Shown here: piece by piece, positions 1-10,906 of the stretch | How positions within the stretch are numbered: the first letter of the stretch is position 1 | Layout: every line of letters starts with the position of its first letter | NCBI GenBank assembly: GCA_000004695.1 | Contig: CM000154.2 | Coordinates: 4,416,001-4,480,000 of the forward strand | DNA: 64,000 bases | Direction: 5' to 3' | From: Dictyostelium discoideum | Lineage: Eukaryota | The notes under the pieces: generated by a model | The model's database searches: none | Seen by the model: the letters and a program-made list of their open reading frames with translations, nothing else | Told to the model about the DNA's origin: nothing | Position numbers and translations under genes: made by a program

Positions 1-206
1 ATATATGTGTGTTTGAGTTGATATTTTATTTAATAAATAGGTGGCCCATTAATTAAATTAATTATAATTTCAATAATATGAATATTTTTTTTTTTTTTTT
101 TTTTTTTTAGTTTATATATACGAAAATATACACACTGACAAGTATAAAAATAAATTCGAAAGAAGTTAAATTTGTTATACTTTTTATTAATGTAGATCCA
201 AAAATT

Positions 207-239
<33 letters not shown>

Positions 240-460
240 AGAAAAACACTGTTATATACCACTTTTATTATAAATTAGTTGATACTATTTCTACATTAAG
301 TAATTGTTATTGTGATCAAAGATACCACACTAATAGAAATTAAAAATGTAAAAATTTATACAATTTAATATTTTTTTTTTTTTTTATTACTTAAAGTGGT
401 TAGATTTAAATTATTTTTTTTAATTATAATTTTTAATTATTATTATTATTATTTTTATTA

Positions 461-598
<138 letters not shown>

Positions 599-785
599 TA
601 TTATTATTATTTTTTAAAAATTGAATAAAAAAATAAATAAAAAAAAAAAAAAAACCAAAAACTTATTCCAATTTTGGAAAACAATTTATACATTGAATAA
701 ATTGATTAATACTGGTTTTTTTTACAAAAAAATCAGAATATATACTAGCAGATTTATATATTAATTAAACTAATTAATATAAAAA

Positions 786-818
<33 letters not shown>

Positions 819-819
<1 letters not shown>

Positions 820-919
820 NNNNNNNNNNNNNNNNNNNNNNNNNNNNNNNNNNNNNNNNNNNNNNNNNNNNNNNNNNNNNNNNNNNNNNNNNNNNNNNNN
901 NNNNNNNNNNNNNNNNNNN
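819..919. other. Assembly gap (run of N)
   Basis: 101 n characters. The flanking 920-1260 contains poly-G/poly-C runs that are atypical for this genome and look like low-quality read ends. Confidence 0.95.
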
Positions 920-1234
920 CTCACCACACTTTTTTTTATTTGGGAAAACCCGGGCTTCCCCTTTTTGCCAAAAAATGGGGGGGGGGGGGGGATTTTCTTT
1001 TTATCCCTCCTTTAAAAAAAAAATTTTTTTTTTAAAAAATTTTTTTTTTTTGGCCCCCGGCCCAAAAAACGGGGGGTCAATTTTTTTTCCCTTTTTTTGT
1101 TAAAAAAAACTTTTTAAAAAAAAAAATTTAAAAAAAAACCTCCCCTTTTTTTAAAAAAACCTTTTTTTTTTTTTTTTTTTTTTTCCCCCCTTTTTTTTTT
1201 TTTTTTTAACATTTTGTTTTTTTTTTTTTTCCCT

Positions 1235-1286
<52 letters not shown>

Positions 1287-2035
1287 GAACTAATTAATTT
1301 TATTTTATCTAAAAATTATTTTATTTTTTTTCTTTTTTTTTTTTTATTTTTTTTTTTTTTTTTTTTTTTAATGAATTAATTAATTTTAAAAATATGATGA
1401 TGACGAAAATTAGGTTAATCCAAATTGGTGGTTGTACTTGTAGTGTGTTTGTTGGTGGGTTTAAAATAATGATAAATAAATAAAAAAAAATATTTTATCT
1501 TTTTTTTTTTTTTTTTTTTTTCTTTCAACATACAAAAAATTGGATTATTAAATAATTAATTAATTTATTAATTAATTATCAGATATTTAAATTGTAAAAT
1601 AAATTTAAATCGAATATTGTATTTTAAAATCAATTATTTAAAATTTTTTTATTTTTATTTTTTAATTTTTATTTTATTTTTTATTTTTTATTTTTGTATT
1701 GTATAAAAAAATGAAATTTGGAGAATAAAAAAAAAAAAAAGGAAAAAAAAAAAGGAAAAAAAAAAAATAAAAATAAGAAAATTAAATATAAAAATAAAAA
1801 AATTACATTTCGGCTATTGGTTTTTTTTATTTTTTTTTTATTTTTATTTTATTTTTAAAAAAAGCTGATCAGAATCTGAATCAACAACGAAATATTGTTA
1901 AAAAAAAAAAAAAAAAATCTACATAAAAAAAAAAAAATTAAAAAAAAAAAAAAAAAAAAAATTAAAAAAAATCAATTAATTGTGATACCACTAATCACAT
2001 TTCACCTCAGTTGAGGTTGTGTAAATAGTTTTAGC

Positions 2036-2084
<49 letters not shown>

Positions 2085-2371
2085 TAAAAATATATAAAAA
2101 CAATAAAAACAATAAAAAAAATTAAAAAATAGTTTCAAAGATCTTTTCATACATCTTTTTTTTAAAAGTATTTTTATTTTTATTTTTATTTTTATTTTTA
2201 TTTTTATTTTTATTTTTTTTTTTAAAATATGCAAATTAAAATAAAGTGATGTGATTTTGGAAGTGAGTTTTTTTTTTTTTTTTTTAAAACAATGTAGGTT
2301 GAAGCATCTTGTTAAAACTTTTGGCAAAATTAAATTTTAATTCCGAAAAAAAAAAAAAAAAAAAAAAAATC

Positions 2372-2411
<40 letters not shown>

Positions 2412-3332
2412 ATGATGGGTGCCAATCACTTGTCTGTTTATCTTTATTATAATTTACTTTTTTGTATAACATCTGTATTTATTATTTTCTAAAAAAATAT
2501 AAAAATTGAAAATATGAAAAAAAAAAAAAAAAAAAAAATTAATTTAAAAAAAAAAAAAAAAGATATAATAAAAAAAATAAATAAAAAATTCTATAGGGAC
2601 CTTTTTTTTTTTTTTTTTTTTTGGTTTTAAATTTAATTGATTAATTATATTGAAAAAAAAAAAAAAAAAAAAAAATAATTTATGAAAAAGTTGTTGTTGT
2701 TGTTGTGATAAGAATAAAAATAAAGTAAAAAAAAAAAAAAATTTGGAAAAAAAAAAAAAAATAAAAAAAATAAAAAAATAAAAATAAAAAAAATTAAAAA
2801 ACAATCGATTTTTAAAATCGTATGAGTGTTGTATGGATACAAATACAAATTGTGTAGGACATTGCATACTCAATGTGCCACTTTTCCTCAAAATTCTTTT
2901 TTTTTTTTTTTCAAAAAATATCTAAAAATCATTCCAAAATCATCACATAATTTTTATTTTTCATTTTTTTTGTAAATAAAATATTTTTCATTGCAGATGT
3001 GACCCCAAAACAATAAAGTGGACCAAAGTTTCCATTTTTTTTTTTTTTTTTTTGTCGTCATGTAAAAGTTCGTTTTTTATTATTTTTTTTTTTTTTTTTC
3101 ATATTTTCACACCAATAACAATTTTTATTTTTAATTTTTTTTTTAATTAATTTATCCAATCAATTTTTTTTTTCATTTTTTTTTTTTTTCATTTTTTTTT
3201 TTTTTTTCATTTTTTTTTTTTTTTTTTTTTAAAAATTAATTAATTTAATTATGTTTTTAATTAATTTATTTTTAATTAATTTATTTTTAATTAATCTATT
3301 TTTAATTTTTTTTTTTTTATTTTTTATTTATT

Positions 3333-3989
3333 TTATTGTGATAATTGTTTTGGTGGAGATGAATCAATTACAGATTCCAAATAATGATTTATAATTGGTT
3401 GTGATTCTAAAAATAGAGAATGAAGCATATCTTTTTTAAATGGTACAATCATTTCATTATTATTTATAAATTCTTCAAAACCAAACCATTTACATTCTTC
3501 AAATTCCGGTTCCTCTTCAACATTTAAATTGACAGTTTTAATTAAATCATTTGGTAAGTAAAATAGATACCAATGTATCATTTGTCCAATATGACCACCA
3601 CTTCTAGATTTTGGTGAATCTTCATAAATGTAAGATAATGGATTTTGAAGCTTTGAAACGTATTTTAATGTATCAATTGATGGCTCTAATCCAACTTCCT
3701 CTTTAATCTCTCTTTGTACTGCTACATAATAATCTTCATTCTTTTCAACTTCTACTCCACCTTGTGGAAATTGCCACTAAAATAAAATAAAAATAAAATA
3801 AAAAAAAAAAAAAAACAAATTAGAAATAATAATAATAATAAAAATGAATAAATAAATATTTATAAATGAAGATATAATTACTTTTCCAACAGCAGTTTTC
3901 TTTTTAGATGATCTTTTACAAATTAAAACTTGATTGTTTTGGTTAAAGATTAATGCTCCAACACAACTTCTATATTTTGCTTCATTCAT
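3333..3989 (-). CDS. Nudix hydrolase (MutT/Ap4A-hydrolase-like), 2 exons
   Basis: Exon 1 is 3882-3989 (MNEAKYRSCVGALIFNQNNQVLICKRSSKKKTAVGK, donor GTAATT). Exon 2 is 3333-3776, entered via acceptor ...attttag. Exon 2 begins WQFPQGGVEVEKNEDYYVAVQREIKEEVGL, which is the Nudix box GX5EX7REUXEEXGU. The frame is continuous to the stop at 3333-3335. About 183 aa. Confidence 0.8.
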
Positions 3990-4579
3990 TTTCTTTTTTT
4001 TTTTTTTTTAGTTTATATAATACAACAAATATAAAAAGTTTTTGTATATTACTGGTTAAATTAAAATAAATATAAAGAAAAATAAAATAAAATTAAGTGC
4101 AAACTAAAATTATTTTATTTTTTTTTTTTTTATGCTCACACACCCCCATTCAGAATTAGAAAAATTTCAAAAAAAAAATAAAAAAATAAAAAAATTAAAA
4201 AATAAAAAAATAAAAAAAAATAAATTCACTATTCAAATAAATAAATAAATTCCTAATATGTATATATATTATAATATGAAACTATTTTTTTTTTAAAATA
4301 ATTTTATCATTAAATTTATTGTTTAAGTGAATTAATAAAACGAAATCTAATCAAATTAAAAAAAAAAAAAAATCTAATGGCTTTCGTTTTTGAAAAGATT
4401 ATTGTCATTATTGTTATTATTTTCATACTTTTAAATTTGAAAAATGGCAAATAAAAAAAAAAAAAAAAAATATAAATATGTTTTTTAATCTTTTTAAATC
4501 CAACATTCCTCATTTCTTGCCTCTTTTAAAAATTTAGAATTAATTTAGTGAAAGATTACCAAAATTATAAACTAAAAAC

Positions 4580-4580
<1 letters not shown>

Positions 4581-4619
<39 letters not shown>

Positions 4620-4622
4620 TTT
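4581..4622. repeat. (TTTA)n microsatellite
   Basis: Direct read. Confidence 0.85.
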
Positions 4623-5496
4623 TTTTTTTTTTTGATTATTATCTTTTAAAGTAAAATATTAATTTATTATTATTTAATAAAAAAAAAAAATGATCTGAAT
4701 CTAAATCAACAATGAAACAATTTTTAAGAAAAAAAAATTAAAAAAAAAATAAAAAAATAAAAACCAATTTATTTATTTAATGATTGTGATACAACTAATC
4801 ACATTCCACCTTAAATTGAGGTTTTGTAAATTTAGTTTATATTTTTCCAAAAAAAAAAAAAAAAAAAAAAAAAAATAAATCCCTCAAAAAAAAAAAAATA
4901 TCTGGATTTTAGTTTTTTTATTTTATAATAACACTTTTTTATTTCCAAGTTTTTCTTTATTTTTCAAAAAACCTTTAATTTTTTAAAAGACTCGTCAAAT
5001 CAAATAGATGCTTATTTTTTTTTTTATTTTTTTTTTTTTTTTTGCTATTTGTTTAACTTTAATGATCATAATTTGAAAAAAAAAATAATAAAAAAAAAAT
5101 AATAAAAAAAAAGAAAAATATTTTGTTTGTTGCTTTAAAGCATTTCAAAAGTGAATAAAAAAATCAAATCAAATCAAATTAAAAAAAAAAAAAAAAAAAA
5201 TTATACCCGTGCTACACGGGGTGCCTATTTAAAAAATAAGAAAAATGAAAAAAAAAAAAAAAAAAAATCTGGTGGCTTTGTATTTTTTAAAAGATTATTA
5301 TCATTATCATTATTGTTTTTCACACTAAATTTTCTGAAACACTTAAAAAAAATAGTAAAAATAAAAAATAAAAAAAAAAATTAAAAATAACACAAATCAT
5401 TGAACAGAGTGGTAAATAATATTTAATGTTCGAAAAATGTAATTTATGTTGAGTGGTTAATTGTTTTTTTTATTTTAATTTTAATTTTTTATTTAT

Positions 5497-7041
5497 TTAT
5501 TTATTTCTAATTTTTCTTTTAATTGAAACTCTTTCTAAATTATAATTTGAACATTCAAAAGCTTGAAAAGGTGGAACGAAATGAATATAAGTTCCAATTG
5601 TTATACAAGCAATAATCGGACCAACCATATATGGCCAAATTTTATTAAATATTCCAGTTACAATTGCCGGACATAAACATCTAGCCATATTAAATCCAAA
5701 TATATAATTTGGTGAAATACCAGATGATGCAATAATTGAGAAACCTAATGTAATTGATATGAAAAATGCACCAACTGCTCCACCAATTATTGGAGTTTGT
5801 CTTCTATCCAGGGCAGTTCCAAAAGCAATATACAAATTTAACATTGAAAACATGAATTCCATACCAAGTGCTCCACCACTACTTATATCACCACCATATG
5901 TACACATACCTAAATTTGTCCTTTTCATAACTTCGAATGGAATTATACCTCTAATAATCGCTGATCCAATTATACCACCTGTAATTTGAAAAATAATATA
6001 AAATAAACATCTTATAACTTTTTTTTTATTACACCCCACTCTATTAATATAAAATTATAATTATAATAAATTATAATAAAATTAAATTAAATTAAATTAA
6101 ATACATACAGGATGTATAACCTGAAAAGAAAGTTGCAATTGTAATTGACGGATTTAAATGACCACCACTAACAGGGGCACAAGTTAAAATTAATAAGTAT
6201 AATAATGGTACATGTAAAACAGCAGAAGTTGCAGGCACTCTATAATTTGGTACAGAATTTACCAATGTTTCACCATTAAAATCATTAAGATTTGATATAT
6301 ATGAATAATCAAAATAATTTACAGACGAAATGAAAATACCAATTGACATAAATAAAAATAAAGCACTACCAATCATTTCTGTAACTGATGCTTTGTATAA
6401 TTTACTATCGAATAATTCATTGTATCCTGATATTCTTATAATTTCATTTATTAATTTATCTTTAAATTTTAATTTATTTATTTCACTTTTTTCATCAATT
6501 GATGATTGTTTTGATTTTAAATCTTTTTCACTATTCTCATAATCATCGTCATCATAATTATAATATTCATCATCTTTAAATGACTTTGGAGATATTAAAG
6601 TACTACTTGTATTATTATTATTATTATTGACACTATTACCACTACTACCACTTCTATCACTTCTACTATTATTACTAATATTTGATTCAATATCATAGTT
6701 TATGGGTATTTCTAAATCTATTTCATCATTTTCAATACCATCATTATGATGTTGATTTTGTTGATGTTGATGATGTTCAAGATGTTGATGATGTTGATGG
6801 TGTGGGTGGTGTGGATGATGTTGATGGTGTTGATGGTGTTGACTTTGATAAATATGGTGTATTGTATGTCTTTTTCCATAGTCATTATATTCATCATTAT
6901 TATTAGAACCATACCTTATTAAGCTAGCATACTTATAAAATGGAGCTGCTAATTCATATCTAATTTTTTTTCTTCTCCTTATACTTATATTACTACTATT
7001 ACTATTTCTACTACTACTATTACATGTACTTGGACTTTTTA

Positions 7042-7110
<69 letters not shown>

Positions 7111-7147
7111 TACTACTAATACTATTACTATTACTATAACTACTCAT
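5497..7147 (-). CDS. Major intrinsic protein / aquaporin-like channel with a ~250-aa low-complexity N-terminal extension, 2 exons
   Basis: Exon 1 is 7147 down to about 6109. It starts MSSYSNSN, has a 24-residue poly-N, then an (HHQHH)n His-rich tract, then TM helices, and ends ...SGGHLNPSITIATFFSGYTS. Donor is GTATGT at 6108 (alternative GTATTT at 6104). Exon 2 runs from about 6017 (alternative acceptor at 6040) to the stop at 5497-5499. Exon 2 contains VIRCLFYIIFQITGGIIGSAII and GFNMARCL. The two MIP signature boxes read NPS and NMA instead of NPA/NPA. The overall six-TM topology is recognisable. The exact exon-2 acceptor is ambiguous; both options are in phase. Confidence 0.7.
7043..7105 (-). 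repeat. Coding (AAT)n tract encoding poly-Asn inside the aquaporin-like gene
   Basis: Plus-strand (tta)n translates to the N24 run on the minus strand. Confidence 0.9.
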
Positions 7148-8260
7148 TTTGACTATTTTTATAAAAAAACACAGACTGTGGTTATTTATATAAAAAAAAA
7201 AAAGAAAGAAAAGTAATTAAAAATAATTGTAAAAAGAGAACATGTGGGAATGAAAATTTTTTAATTCATTCTATTTGTGGGGATTTTATTTTTATTTTTC
7301 ATTTTTTATTTTCATTTTTTATTTTTTATTTATTTTCTCATTCCATTTTAAATCTAGGGTTTTTAATTTTTTTTTTTTTTTTTTTTTAAAACCCAAAATT
7401 AAAATCTTTCTAACAAAGAAAATTATAAAAAAAACAAGGTTTGTATTTAAAAATAAAAAAAAATTCTATAATTATTTTTTTAAAGTATTTAATTAATAAA
7501 TTTATAAGATGTTGAGGAAGTATGGGCCAAAAGATATGTTAAAAAAAAAACCTAAAAAAATCAAGAATTGTATAGTCAATAATAGAAACTAAAAAAAAAA
7601 AAAAAAATATGGAATTAAAACAAGTTTTTTTAAAATAGAAAGATAATTATTTAATTTCATATATTAATTATTAAAATTTCAAATTTATTAGAGGGGTAAA
7701 TATTAAAATAATTTATTAATTCTTTAACTTTAATTTTAATTTTTTTTTTTTTTTTTTTTATAAAAATGTAAATAATTAATATGTTAACTATTGATATTCC
7801 AAATTTCAATGAAAGTCACTCTTGGTGCAATTAAACATGTGGCGTTTCAAAATCTTTTATTATATTATCAAATAATTTAATGGAATCAAAAAAAAATTTA
7901 AATATAAAATTTTGGTGTTGGCTTTGAATTAATTTATTTTTTCTCATAAAAGTTTAGGACTTGTCTAATTTTCTTAGGATATAGCTTTTCGTTATTTGTC
8001 CATCTTCTGGCTACCTCTACTATGAGCATCGCCTGTTGATGAAAAATTAGTAAAAATCAATATTACAGGCAAGTTTGATAAGTCATTAGCTTTTTTGAAG
8101 AAAAATAAACCAGTTGAAAGCCCACCTCAAAATTTTAGCAAATTTTAAGCCAGATGAAATAGTTTTAGCAGATAGAGTTTATTATGGCATTAGTGGCAAT
8201 TTTTTCATACCTAATAAAAAGCCAAATCTAGGAGAATTCAGAGAAGAAGATAAAGTTAAG

Positions 8261-8292
<32 letters not shown>

Positions 8293-8631
8293 ACCCCCAA
8301 ACTGGTCCAGTATCTTCCAATTATTTAAATAAATTTCAATAAAATAATAAAAGGAAAAAAAAAAAAAAAAAAAAAAAGAATTTAAATAACAATTATCTAA
8401 ACAATCAAGAAAATCCATTTTTTTTTTTTTTTTTATTTTTATTTTTTTATTTTTATTTTTTTATTTTTATTTTTTTTTTATTTTTTTTTTTTCAAATTTT
8501 TTTTTTTTATTGAAATAACTTGAAAGTAGGAAACGACTCATTTCATTATCAAACTTTGTCGATTTTTTTTTTTTTATTTTTACCACTTATCCAATTATAT
8601 TCGAAATATAAAATAAAATAAAATAAAAAAA

Positions 8632-10532
8632 ATGACACAAACTCAATTTCAAGTAGTAATTTTAGCAACTGATAAAGCATCAGGAAATTCTAAATTAGAA
8701 CCAATTGATGCTACAATCCCACATTCATTATTACCAATTGCAAATAGACCTTTAATTTCATATCAATTAGAATTCTTAGAGAAAGCTGGTTTTGAAAGTA
8801 ATAATCACATCATTAATAATAACAATAATAACAATAATAATTGTTTTGTTATTGATATCAATACCAATCATCTGATAATAATCATCATAATTATTATTTC
8901 TTACTAATTTTTTTTTTAAAAAAATATTTATATTTATATATAGCTAAAAGTGAACCAGTCATTATTGTAGTTAATGAAACATCTCAAGAAAAGATTAAAC
9001 AATATGTATCAGAAATTTATAAAGGGAAAATTGAAGTTGAATTCTTTGTTTTAAAGGATCAATTAGCAACTTGTGAAATTTTATATAGAATTAGAGATAA
9101 AATTAGAGTAATTATTTATATATAATTTTCATCCACAACAACAACAACAATAATAATAATAATAATAATAAAAATAATAATTAAAAAAAAAAAATTGAGA
9201 AAAAGTTTGGAAAAATAATAAAATAATAGTAATAATATTTCAAATACTAATTAATATATATATGTATATTTATCAATCAATAAATCCAATAAATCAATAT
9301 TATTATTATTAATAAATCAACAATAAAATTTAATTTTCAATTATATATGTAAATATAAAGTTGGAATATTTTATGGTATTAAATGCAAATTTAGTTTTAG
9401 AGGATACATTCATTAGACAAATGGCAGATTTACATAGAAAAGAAGAAAGTTCACTTACAGTTTTATTAAAACCACCAACTCCAAAAGTTGAACAAAAAGG
9501 TAAAGGTGCAACTGAAACATCAACTAAACAAGATAAACTCTTTACTGATTATATCGCTTTAGAAGAGAAATCTCAAAAAATAGTAATGATGGAACCTGCA
9601 ACTGAAGTTGAAGAAGATTTAAACTTTAATAAATCATTATTAAAATAGTAATATTTATAATTTAATTATATCTATATTATATATATAATGAATATATAAC
9701 AAATAACTAACCAATTAAATTAATTTATTAGTTTCCCAAATGTAACGATTTATACAAATTTACAAGATACTCAACTTTATATCTTTTCAAGATGGGTATT
9801 AGATTTAATTATTGAAGATCAAAAAGAAAAGTATCCATTATTCTTTGATATTAAAAAACATTTAATTCCATATTTATTATCATGTCAAATTCCAAATATT
9901 AAACGTAAGAGAGCATTACCAGCAAGTGCATTCAATCAAAATCAAACACTCTCTCAAACTATGTCATCAACTACCTCACCTTTTGATCAATTCTCTGAAT
10001 TAAATGCTCAAAAGAATAAAACAATTAAATGTTTTGCTCATTTATTAAAAAAAGAAGGTTATTGTATGAATGTAAATACAATTAAAAATTATCAACAAAT
10101 TAATAGAGATGTAAGTTTTAAACAATTTTATATTTAATATATTTATATTTATTATTTTAATTAATAAATATCATATTTATTTATTTATTTATTTATTTAA
10201 AAAAGATTGCAAAAGGTGATTTACAATATCTACCAAATGAACCAAAATCAGAAAAGAACTTTTTTATCGATCCAACAGCAAATGTTACAATTACTCAAGT
10301 TGGTCCACAATGTGTAATTGGTACAAGTACAACATTGGGTGCTAAATGTAGTGTTAAATTCTCAATCATTGGTAAACATTGTAAAATTGGTGATGGTGTT
10401 CGTATTGAAAATTCAATCATTATGGATCATGTAATCATTGAAGATAGATGTGTTATTAATAGTTCAATCATTTGTAATGATGTTTATATTAAATCTGGTT
10501 CTTCAACTGTTGGTCAATATTTAACAAAATAA
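8632..10532 (+). CDS. eif2b3: Translation initiation factor eIF2B gamma-like subunit (NTP-transferase N-domain plus left-handed beta-helix hexapeptide repeats), 5 exons
   Basis: Exons are 8632-8797, 8944-9107, 9361-9647, 9732-10110 and 10206-10532. Donors are GTAATA, GTAATT, GTAATA and GTAAGT. Acceptors are ...atatag, ...ataaag, ...ttattag and ...aaaaag. Phases are checked and consistent, giving 440 aa. The N-terminus (QVVILATDKASGNSKLEPID...LLPIANRPLISYQLEFLEKAGFE) is a nucleotidyl-transferase fold. The C-terminus (IGKHCKIGDGVRIENSIIMDHVIIEDRCVINSSII) is a hexapeptide-repeat LbH domain. The symbol is inferred from architecture and size, not from a database hit. Confidence 0.75.
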
Positions 10533-10906
10533 AATAATAATAATAATAGAGTAAATTAATTAAATATATAAAAATAAAAAATAAATAAATAAATTGTTTT
10601 TATAAATATAATTGTTTTTTTTTTTTTTTTTATTTATTTAAATAAATAATTTAAATCTTTTTTGGTATTTCATTTTTTTAAAAGAAATGGATATTGTATA
10701 TATATATTTTTTTTTTTTTTGTTTTTTTTTTTTTTATTTATCTGTTTTTTTTTATCTTTTTTTTTTATCACTTTTTTTTTTATTTTATTTTTTATATTTT
10801 TTTTTTTTATCTCTTTTTTTTTATCTTTTTTTTTATTTGTTTTTTTTTTTTTTTTAAAAAATGTAAATTTTTGTATTCTATTCTAATTTTTTTTTTTTTT
10901 TTTTGT

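Noticed and set aside
920-1260. Poly-G/poly-C runs (gggggggggggg, ccccggccc) suggesting a GC-rich element
   Set aside because: The composition is wildly atypical and sits directly against an N-gap. It reads like low-quality sequence trace ends. The same holds for 18841-18906. It is not biological.
2031-2891. Several 60-115-aa ORFs rich in F/K
   Set aside because: They are translations of poly-T/poly-A tracts with no codon structure and no start or splice context.
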